A stretch of 64,000 nucleotides of DNA from Lepidodermella squamata. Its lineage: Eukaryota > Animalia > Gastrotricha. The DNA lies in assembly GCA_047495785.1 (NCBI GenBank), contig JBLDXI010000001.1:2914001-2978000 (forward strand), given 5' to 3'. Below, one piece after another: positions 49,601 through 60,318 of this stretch. The notes under the pieces were generated by a model, which was given only the letters and a program-made list of their open reading frames with translations, searched no databases and was not told the DNA's origin. Positions within the stretch are counted from its first letter, which is position 1; the number at the start of each line of letters is the position of its first letter. Position numbers and translations under genes: made by a program.

Positions 49601-51026
49601 CAATCATCATCGAGGCTGTTGTATTTGACAAGTGGGACATTGCAGTTATAAAAAAATTGGCGCTGAAACCTCCGAGTCCGAGCTGAATAAATGCCTTAGT
49701 CTTTGTTTCACTTCTTGAATGGGCTCACACGAGGCATATTTTGTAAAAAATCATACTGACTTTCAATCTTTGAATGATTGTAAACCCCAGTTTTGACGTA
49801 TCCCCATAGGAAAAAGTCCAGCGGTGTTAGATCGGGACTGGTTGCATGCCATGAGCAAGGACCAGCGTGGCCTAATCAGTATGAATATGGTTCCGTTCGA
49901 TATTTGAATTGAAATCCGCAAGCGTAATTTCTCAGCATTGCGATAAGGGGCAATTACCGAGCTAGAAGTTTTCTTAGCTTGAGTTTGCTGGAAAAGAGGC
50001 TGGAGCTATTTTGACGGCTCCAAACTGAACATTTCAGAGTAGCGAGTTTTTGTTTGAGATAACAGAAAAAAACCAGTGAGTATGGAATCATTATTCGACG
50101 AAAACCGATTTGGCGATAGTCTCATTCTTCTCCTTCAGCGACTTTTTGAACTCTTTGCAAGTCAAAAAAATGATGAAGCAAGCAATTTTTTTAATTAAAA
50201 AATAAGGTATAAAATAAGACACATCAGACCTATAAGTTGTTCGCGTTTTCTGCATTTATAAGAAGTTTTTACTAGATATTGATTTTTAATAGAGGTTATA
50301 TTAATCACACCAGCTTTAATATATATTGGAAAATAACTATTTGTTCCTTTGTTTAGCCGAATGCACTGTCATGGGCGTTCCTAGCATTACGACGAACCTG
50401 TCCGGATTCGGCTGTTACATGCAAGATGCGATGAAGAACACGAAAGACTACGGCATCTACATTGTCGACCGTCGCTTCTGCGCGCCGGACGATTCTGTCA
50501 ACATGCTCGCCGATTTCATGTTCGAATTCGCGAACCAGACGCAGCGCGAACGCATCAACCAGCGCAACAGAACCGAACGCCTGTCCGAATTGCTGAACTG
50601 GCGCCTTCTTGGCATGGTAAGTAAAAATATACGCCCCACATTTTATTCAATAATTTGAGAAAACAAAGTCGATAGAAATTTATTCGAAAAGAGCAGCTTT
50701 AATTTTGAAAAAAGTGCATTCAAAAATTCAAATTTTCTATGTTTTACTATTTTTCTATTTTTTCTTAGCACTACCAAAAAGCCAGGGCTCTCGCTGTTGA
50801 GCGTGTCTACCCAGAACTGGCCAGGAACGAATCGGGCCCTGAAATCCCCGACTGGAACTTTGTCGGCCAGCAGCAACTGCCGCGTCCTCGCTCGATCGCC
50901 TCGCAAGGCGAAGATTTAGCAGCGCTAGGCAGCGGAAATAACGCCGCGGCTGCACTACCGAAAGACGAGGATGAAGTCGAATCTGACAATGAAAGCGATG
51001 AAAGCGATATTCTACCCATAAAGTAA
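46697..51026 (+). CDS. GYS: Glycogen synthase (GT3), 4 exons
   Basis: Exons 46697-46856, 47054-48481, 50357-50616, 50770-51026. Motifs [63 protein letters not shown], and the Arg cluster [14 protein letters not shown]. Confidence 0.97.
49129..49680 (-). pseudogene. Decayed antisense coding fragment in GYS intron 2, weakly C-type-lectin-like
   Basis: One frame stays open for ~184 codons apart from a single TGA. It contains [24 protein letters not shown], resembling the W..G.rCy....eA..fC start of C-type lectin domains. Confidence 0.3.
49780..49851 (-). mobile_element. Tc1/mariner transposase fragment
   Basis: Translates to [24 protein letters not shown], the SPDL.P.DFFLWGY.K motif carrying the third catalytic residue. 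Confidence 0.8.
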
Positions 51027-51789
51027 AGAAGAAAAGCTACAGCAAATTGCTACGCCTCGAATACCCAAAATACTTGAACATAATAAATGCCTTAAAATTA
51101 TTTTTATTTGCACAACAAGCTCGAATTTTTCTTGACAACAACATAGTCATTATATGTTACGTTCTATCAGCAAGAGATTTCATCGCTGGTATGCTGAGAT
51201 GTAATGATTTATTATACTAGAATAAGCTGTTCAACCTGCTCTGAGACCTAGCGATAATTATATTTTTTTCGTTCAATTCGAGCGCAAGTTTGTTGTGATC
51301 ATAAATTAGAGAAAACTGTATTACTTTTGTTGATTATTGTAATCGTTGTTATTACTTATTTTGAGAGGCGCAGAAGACCTGTTTAAAATCCTGCCGAATC
51401 CTGGTGTTTTTTTCACTACCATTTATTGTTCAAATTTTGGTGAGAATAAGTCGGTGGTTATTCGTAGAAAATTTGTCTTCGCAAAATAATTACCTTCACG
51501 CACTAAAATTCTTTCCGATTGAATATTGAATAGAAAGCTCGCTGGAAATATTTTTCCGTATTATATTATTCGTCTCGTTCGTCTTTTGGCGAATAGCTAT
51601 CTGTTAAACAAGACGATAATTCACGTCCAAACCCTGTGCTTGTTATAAAAAAAAATGTGCCCGTCGTCGCTTTGCGATCGCCATATATATATTTTTGGCT
51701 TAGTTTTTTGAATCGATAATATTAAAAATAAACCAATTTGCTAGTGTGATCTAAAATTATCCGATTATTTATTAGTAGTTTTATTTTCA

Positions 51790-54700
51790 ATGTCGGATGC
51801 GAGTAAGAAGAAGCGGCCAGCCGAAAGCTCCTCTGAAGAATCGTCTCCTCAAAAATCGGCGAAATCAAGTTCCGAAAATCCAAATGCTGATATCATCAAA
51901 ATATTGACCGGTATTTTTTGCTGAAACTCCTAGAAAAAAATGATTAAAAATTGATATTTTGATAAGAATTGGGAGAATATGAGAAGAATGTGACGCGGCA
52001 AAAGTTCAAATTCACAGCCTATCAGAAAGCTGTAAAAACGCTGAAATCACTGGATTATCGCATAAAAAATGGCGAAGAGGCGAAAAAACTCGATGGAATC
52101 GGAGACAAAATTGCGAAAAAAATCGACGAAATTCTGGCGACTGGCACGCTGAAAAAAGCTGAAGTTGTTCGAGCAGACGAGACGAATACCGCCATCGCAG
52201 ATCTCACTCGAGTGACCGGAGTTGGGCCGTCCCATGCCCTGAAATTTGTCAAGGATTTTCAAGCTACCACAATCGCTGATTTGAGGGCGAATAAAAATAA
52301 CGTGAAAAGCGCGATGACTCATCATCAATTGATTGGCCTGAAATACTGCGAAGATTTCGAGCAGCGAATTCCCCGAGCTGAAGTCGAGCAGCTGCGTGAT
52401 CTCATTTTTCCGGAAATTAAGGCGGTTGATTCTGATTTCATCGCGACGGTTTGCGGGTCGTTTCGGCGTGGTGTTGCAACATGTGGCGATATCGATATTT
52501 TGCTGACTCATCCAAAGTATGTTTTTTCTCCAAGGGGCAAACATAGCATGAACAAAGGGACGAAAATAAGGAAAGTCGTGAAACCCTAGTAATATTAGGA
52601 TATTCGAGAAATATCTTATAGTCTCGATGCGCAAAGTCAAAGTGAACGTATTTTTGCTCGATTAGGTCAGCATTTCTTTCTTAATTGTCGCTGATCTTTT
52701 GCGAGTATAACAATTTGATTTGGTAAAAGATGAAAACGCGCGACAAAAGTGAAAGAAACATTGATTTAAGGTGAAAAGGATCGGAAGTTATAGACTGGCT
52801 GTGATTCTATGCGTTTACCACCAATTTCGCGATATTGGAAGAGCGACTAAACTAGAACTGAATGCATTTCTGCAAACGGTGTTTTCCTGTGAAATTGGTA
52901 TTTTGTTACTGGCTATGCCCTCGAGAGATGCAAGCCAAACTAGCTTTGAACTGACTGAACTGCCAAACTTATCGCTCTTGTGACTAATGGCGTGGTATTA
53001 GTCGCAAGGGCTGGACAGAAGCCACCCGTGTTACCACATTTCAGCGGAAGTGAATTTGCTAGCCTCAGCACCAGTCGCGTTGACTTGGGACGTGGAATAT
53101 TGACGCATCTCTGCTGTAATTTAACAGAAGTAGTTTGAATAAGGTCCGAAAATGATCAGTAATATAAAATGATTATTGCAGAATTTGAATATGAATGTGA
53201 AAAATATGAAATTCGAAAATTTGAACACCTGGATCGACGTTTTCACTGGCCATATCGGCGGCATTGAGCATGTTTGTCGTAACGGCGTCGTAAGGCGAAT
53301 GCCCCAAATCGTTTTCCACCGGCGCATGGATTGGCTGCATTCGCGGCACGTGATCTGCCGGCTGTTCATCATCATTTGGAACCAGCGCTGGCAACCTTGG
53401 GACGGCCGCAGCGTGGAATATCGTGCACTCTCCCAGTTTTTTCTTAGCGTTTAATCAATCGGCTAACTGTCGTCTGATGTAACACGACGCCAGGATTTTC
53501 TTCTCAGTAATTCAGCTGTTTTAGTGTGATTATTCGTCCGATGATGTAACTTGACAATCCTGAAGCGCTGTTCCGTGGAGTATTTGATGAAAACCTTAGC
53601 AATATTAATGCCAAAAACTTGCTTCTCGAGGGCCGTTCTCACTATAAGCCATAAAGCACCGATTCAACTCGCCGTCTTTACCGGGAGACCCTCGTTAAGT
53701 GAACACACTCTGCGGATTTTCTGAAAGGTGTTTGAACTTCACTCCTATAAAATCACCGTTACGATCTTACTAATCGTTCTTCGCCGGCCATACTGAGAGA
53801 TCGGCTGATGATAGAAGCCACGAGATATCGGGTTCCGATATCGGGTTGAAATCGGCGCCCTCGTCACCACAGCCAAAGAGCTTGGCAGTAGCTGGGTAGT
53901 CACAACACACTAGTAAGCGAAAATCGTATGCATCGTCTCTGATCTTCAACTCATTTTGTACGATATTTGAGAGCTCGCCTATGGTTGATTGCAAAATTTG
54001 TCTAAACATCTCTGAAGTTTGCCTGTTGCCAAATTAAGGCCGACCATACCCCGGGATGGCGCCCCTGGCTTTGATAACCAACTGTTGGCCATTTCGACGA
54101 TTCGGCGCGACTCCCTCGCCACTTTATCACTTAAGCCAGCATCTTCCGTGACGATTAAATGATGGCCTTGAAAAGCCAGCTTCCTAAGGGCCTCGATAGT
54201 TGACGATGTCACGCACCGCATCGCATTGCAGTAACCAATAGATTGCCAATAATGACTCGAAGATAAAAATAAATCTAAAAATAAAATAAAATAAGTTAAA
54301 AAACCCCGATGAAGTAGTAACCCATTTCGGTGTTATGCTTCCCGGGATCCCATCAATATCCTCGTTAATTCGGGAATCATCGGGGCTGCTTGAACCAAGG
54401 AGGAATTTCCATCCGGGAAATTTTGCTACAAAACCGACTCAGCTAATTTCGAAGATCTCTTGGAATAATTGAAGGATCTGGAGACGAATTCTCGCGGAGA
54501 GTATTGCCGGAAAATAAACAAAAGACCGGAGAATAATGGTCTCGTGAACCGCCCAAAAGCTGTAGGCAGTGCTTTTTAGTTTGGGTTATGTCTTCTGGCA
54601 TAGAGAAGACTTGTAGATGTGTGTTGCACTGTAATCGTGGCGAACGTATTCGAAGTTGGCAGCTAGGATCGCATTGGTTACGAACCGCGGTTCGTCAGAT

Positions 54701-55977
54701 GCTCAGCGGGGCCGTAAACCGGTTCCAGTTCAGCCAAATCGTTGAGGGAAATTGTTGAAATAGTGATGAAAAAGTGGTTAGTACCGTCAACTGGGGTGAC
54801 TTTGACGGTGGGGTCACTTTGTCATGCGAAAATGGGGCGACTTTAGCATAGCAATTCTCGGAAGTAGCCAAACTGATACCCCTCGAGTGGGTTGCCGTTG
54901 GATAACCCTAGTAAAGGCAAGCATTGATGTCTATACTAGACGTCAATCGGTTGCCTTACCTGATGATTAAAGACAGGTAAAGTTAATGAAAAAATTGTGT
55001 TTTAGCAAAATTTCGATCACACCGCAGTAGAGTAGGTGAGATCGAAATGAATGTGCTCTGTCATATTAAAGCTGCCTTCTATGCGGGCTATCCAACGGTA
55101 CCACACTCGAGGGGCGTCGGCTTGGCTACCTTCGAGAATTGCTAGGCTAAAGTCGCCCCATTTTCGCATGACAAAGTGACCCCACCGTCAAAGTCACCCC
55201 AGTTGACGGTAGTTTTCGATCCACCGAAAATCTAAGGCGACTTGGGATTCTGCAGCAGCGACACGTGCTTCGGCAGCTGCAGCTCGCGCATTCGCAACCT
55301 CCGCACGGGCCTCAGCCGCGCGGGCGTAACGCACGGCTTCATGGGTCGACGCCTCTTGACGAGCACGCTGCTCTTCTGCCCGATGAAAGAGCCGCATGGC
55401 ATCAGCGGCGCGAAGTTCAGCGGCCTCGGCATCACAGACACGAGCTTCTTAGGAGTTGGCCCAATCGTAGATGATCCTATTTAAATATTTAAATACATAA
55501 CTAAATAATTAAGTATTTAAATACACATATTCAAATATATTTTTCAAATTTAGAATGGTCTCAGATCTGAAGAAAGTTCCGAAAGAATTGGCACTCGATA
55601 AGGTTGTCCAGCGACTGCAGAACGCGAATATTATCACAGACACCCTCGCACTGGGCGATCAAAAGTTCATGGGCGTCTGCGTTCTGCCTGAAAAATCGCG
55701 AAAAGTCGGCGAAAAAGTCATCTACCGCCGGCTCGACATTCGCGTCATCCCACACGATCACTACTACTGCGCCTTGTTATACTTCACCGGGTCAGATGTT
55801 TTTAACAAAACCATGAGGCAACTGGCTTTGGATAAAGGCTTCACAATCAACGAATACAGCATCCGGCCGCTTGGATCGACGGGGGTTCCTGGCGAACCGC
55901 TCCCCGTTGCCTGTGAACGCGATGTTTTCGACTACATCGATATGGAGTACAAAGAACCGAAAGATCGCAGCTTGTAA
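51790..55977 (+). CDS. POLB: DNA polymerase beta (family X), 3 exons with a 3-kb intron
   Basis: Exons 51790-51910, 51967-52516, 55554-55977. Lyase domain [17 protein letters not shown]; [15 protein letters not shown]; CGSFRRG..GDIDIL; RRLDIR; YFTGS; FTINEY. Confidence 0.96.
53121..55480 (-). pseudogene. Frameshifted relic gene, probably a DDE transposase, filling POLB intron 2
   Basis: A chain of broken minus-strand ORFs. [35 protein letters not shown] resembles the second-Asp region of Transib/Chapaev-like transposases. An Ala-rich coiled-coil ORF is cut by a MITE. Confidence 0.4.
54784..55209. mobile_element. pogo/Fot1-like MITE, 426 bp, ~125-bp TIRs, TA target duplication
   Basis: ta|CCGTCAACTGGGGTGACTTTGACGGTGGGGTCACTTTGTCATGCGAAAATGGGGCGACTTTAGC... 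is mirrored by ...GCTAAAGTCGCCCCATTTTCGCATGACAAAGTGACCCCACCGTCAAAGTCACCCCAGTTGACGG|ta. Confidence 0.9.
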
Positions 55978-56276
55978 CGGAAAGCTGATGTAACCTCAAA
56001 CTTGATTAAAGTGATCGTTTATTTGATTGTCTATTGTGTTATATTTTGATAGTAAAATGCTTGTTTTTTCAGTGTTTTTTCAGTGTTTTTATCATATTCT
56101 CATGACATGGCAGGTGGAACTCGCTAGCGTTTCGGTATAACTCTCTATTTGACGACTGCCGCCATTACGCGCAAGCTCGAGAGGTCCTAGCTTTTGAACA
56201 ATTAAGATATGATGTGCAATAATCTGTGGAACGGATTAATAACGATTATTAACAACATTTTTATTGGCTTTCAATA

Positions 56277-58690
56277 TCATGTATCGTTCGAATTACCCAA
56301 GCTAACAACTGCATCGAGCTTTTCAACCTTCACAGTGACGGGTAACAACAAAACTAAGCTCATTAGCCCAGAATATACCAACTCGATGAAAGCCAACACT
56401 GCGTTAAACACGCATGGCTTGTTGGACTTGGTCACCAAGACAAGCACAACAACACTGGCAGCTAGCATCGTCAGGGCGTTCACCGCCGCTGCTCTGATTA
56501 GCTTGCAACTAAGAGCGAATTCATTAGGCATGGTGCGACGCCTCAGGTCGAGTGAAAACATATTCGCCAGTAATAAAAGTCCAAAATTAAACGTGAGAAC
56601 GGCTCCGAGCCAGTAGCTGATGTTCTCCGAACTACAAAACGTGACATGGAGCTCAAAATACGTATCCGCCACTTCGTCAAACGCAATCGGTATCCGATAG
56701 AAGAATAACTGCATTGGTTCCTTGATGATCCAGAGAAACAGCGCGACCACATTCATAGCCAATACTACGCTGAGAGCTTGCGACATTTGAAGTTCATTTT
56801 TATATCTGTCACTTACGAGCTTGGAAACATGCCTCAGAATGACGATACCTTTTAACTCGTAAGAAGAATCATTAGGCCCCACCCTGAAAGAGCATTTCCA
56901 TTTTGCAAGGTGGTTGATGTATCGGATAGCTCGATTGTAGACGCGATACGTCTTAACTCTTAACCCGAATAAACTTGCTGTATATGAATATTTGGCCGAA
57001 AATTAGGCTGTGAAGCATGCTCAAGCTCATCAAAATCGAAACTAATCTCCACCTGCACTCAGTTGTCGGGGAATAATCATGGCCTATGATTAGGAAGATG
57101 GCCGATGCATTCAGGCCTAAACAGGCGACGAAAGCAAAGCTCTTCTTCCAATTTCTGTAGAACATCTCGGATTTAGCACGAGTTGTCGCTAAGAGAAGAA
57201 GGCACTGAACCAATGTTAGAGACGCCGCTAAACAAGTTACAATACCGCGCAAGATGCTGCCACAATATCCGATTCTTATCTCAATGTCTGTAAGATCTCT
57301 CGGAGGGTGTCCTGTTTTCGTGGCCCATATTGGCCCAGCATCAATGTAGAATGGAAAGTATTGCTTCTCATAGTCATACGGTAGAAAGGCCACTCGGCGA
57401 GGTTGTAGTTTGTAAGCTTGCATTACCGATATATCTTGATACATCTCGCCATTGCTATTTCTCTTGATTTTGGGATTTCGAAATCCAACTGCTTCGAGCT
57501 CCCCTGCGCTTCTTCTGGCTACTTCATATACCAAGCGTTGGTACATCGGATTTTTGAAATCACTTAGGGATAAATTGTAATCCTGATTCAACAAAGCTTC
57601 TGTTTTGTTCAGGACGAGCAGCGTAAACATATAACCATCATGCTCACCGTAACGGGAAATACCTAATACGGGAGAATATCCCACCTCGAGGTACTTCGCT
57701 CTCAGCAAAATGTCGTATTCTGAAGGGCTCATTCCTAGACTGGACTGCTTCGGCATATCAAACGGATATAGCGGAATGCCAATAGCAAACAGTGCTGATA
57801 GTTGAATGTCCACAATTTCCCTTGAGCAATTGCTCGATATGGAGACATCTCGCGGCAAGTTCCATGTCAAACACGCTGGTATCGATGCAATGAAATGGTA
57901 CAAAGGTGGTTTGATACCGTTGTGATAGGCCTTGCATAAAAATATCTGGCATTCCCAGGCTCCGTATGGAAATACCATGATAATTCTGACATTTTGCAAG
58001 GGCTGTAAATCAGCGTCCTGCAACTCCCCAAACCAGTAAGCACTGACGAATTCGCTGACTTCGATATTGTTCGCATTCAGAAGCTTGAAAGTCTCATCAG
58101 CGAGCATTGTGACATCGCGAAGGTACCAAGAGTATACCATTCCGACGCGTTTCCAGTTGCCAATCGATTTAATAGCTTGGAAAATCGCGTATTTGTACGC
58201 GCTAACCGATCCTAGTGTTGAATAGAGGTTGTTGTAGAACCTGGATTTTCGGGACTCGATAAAAGGCCCAGCGCAGCTTTCAGAAATCTGATTCATTCAA
58301 AAGGAATGGAATGGGAAAAGAGAAATTCTTATAATTTTGAAAAATAAAGCTGTAAAATACTGCGAAACTAATAAATCCTAGCGTGAGCACATTTTCAGTG
58401 GAAAATGATAATTCAAACGAGTCGAAATTAGCCCTCGGTACCCTTAATAATTTCAAAATCGTTACCATGACCATATTGATTGCGCGATAGGTCCCTGCAG
58501 ATTCGTCACAATTTCCGTCTGGGCCAGTTACGACGGGTGCCAAGTAAGTGTTGTCAGGCAGATCCATCTCTGAAAATAGTCTTGCGTATCTGTTAAGATA
58601 GTCCTCGTTTTTGGTACGCATTCCATAAGGAACGACTTCGAAATTCGCCAAAACGCCCCCGGACATGTTGACGTATTCTAGCAGAGCCAT
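56277..58690 (-). CDS. Divergent class C GPCR (Venus-flytrap + 7TM, GABA-B-like architecture); 5' end uncertain
   Basis: VFT-like segments VVTGP..C, NWKRVGMVY, VRIIMV...CQIFLCKAYHNG. Seven hydrophobic helices across the 58296-56953 and 56882-56277 ORFs, including C..WRL, LWII.EP and FCSS..YWLG. No Cys-rich domain. Confidence 0.78.
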
Positions 58691-60318
58691 TTGGCTGGGG
58701 TCTGTTGTATCGAGCTTATGATATTATATATATTTTATATTACCTATTACATACCCCTGATTGCCGGCCACAAGAGCCTCGGCTTCGCTGCATAGCTGAA
58801 TTGTAGGAAAGTGATCGTCAGCATAAAAATTGCAGCACTTATGCACATTTTAAAGGCAAAGTTTTGTGTTGACTAATTTCTTATGTTTGCAACTTTCGAG
58901 GCAACTTTCTTTACGTATTAACCAGGTAAGATTTAAATTGTACTAAAGCCGGCTGGAACGTGACCAGAGTCTCGAAATTCACCGTCCCACGTGAACTGAG
59001 TTCGAGTAGGCAAGGCAGCATTAGCCTGTGGATGTAACGGATGGTGCGTGCAATAATGCCAATAATCGCTACGCAAATTTGACCTAACGCAAGGTATAAT
59101 ATTACCTTTAATGGAGATTGAGGCCTATCGCCCTGAAACCTGCCTGCTGTCTAAAACTAATAGATCTAAGGCGTTACAATACTTACGAATTATGTTACGA
59201 ATTATTAGGCAGAACCGTATTAATAGGCAGGGCTCTGTATGACGTGACTTGACTTCGAAAATTTACCGACAACTGAGGTGACTTAAGTGCCACTATTATT
59301 TCTAGACATCAATGCAACCAGACGCTGCGTGGAAGGACTGAGAAACCAGTTCACAAGGTTTGACCGTCTTTTCGACTTCACTCTTTTGCCCGCGCAATGA
59401 TTACGCGACGAAGGCGCGAGTAATTATGTCGACAAGCGCATCGCACTCGGAATTTCAATGATGTTGACAAGGATGGCCGAAAAAAGCGAGCCCGTTCGAG
59501 TGACGATTTATTGCGCGGGCGCATCGATTGTCTCCCTCTTACAGCCGGCGTACCGGGCCGAGGCTGAGAAAACTCAGAGACAAAAAACCACGTTCCGGAG
59601 GAATGTAATGACAAAATTATACTTACCCCATGTTGTTATTATTGTTTGCTGCTATACAAGTCTGAGAAGTAAATTTCTCATCTGCAAACAAACGCGAGTA
59701 GCCGGTAATTATAAATTATCGTTATTTGTTGAGATGACACGCAATTACTGTTTATTATCACCGCCGTGTCGCCTATCGAAACTTTGTTTATCGGCCGTAA
59801 TTCGATAACTCACGGCCTTGATACTTATTCGGCTATACATGGCATTATTATTTTGGCACAGCTGTGTTGTGGTATGACTGGCCAAATTAGATATAGTAGC
59901 CTGACGCTCGCCGATTTGTTTGCTCTTCGATTTTCAGCATTTTTGAAAGCTGCAAGGTCTTTTTTCGGCCGCTATAACATTTTAAATTCATTATCAACAA
60001 ATTATTCGTTGCGATTTGTGCAGTTGGTGCGCGGCGCTAAATGATTATGCTGCTGTTCAATCTAATAATATACTTACTCGGACTTTATAGCAATAAAAGA
60101 AAGCATTGCGCCTAATAGCCTTGCGCGCGTCCAGAGGTACGCGACGCCTATAATTTATTGCGCCCGCTTAGTGTGTGATTTGTGCGTTGCCTTCCGCTAT
60201 TTTACGCCCATTTATGCCAGCAGCGTTCGGAAAAAAGCACGGTCCTTACTCCTCAATGAGCGAGTAAAGCGCCAACATTTTGTTTTCTAATATTATGCAC
60301 TACTAGGGGCGTACTACT

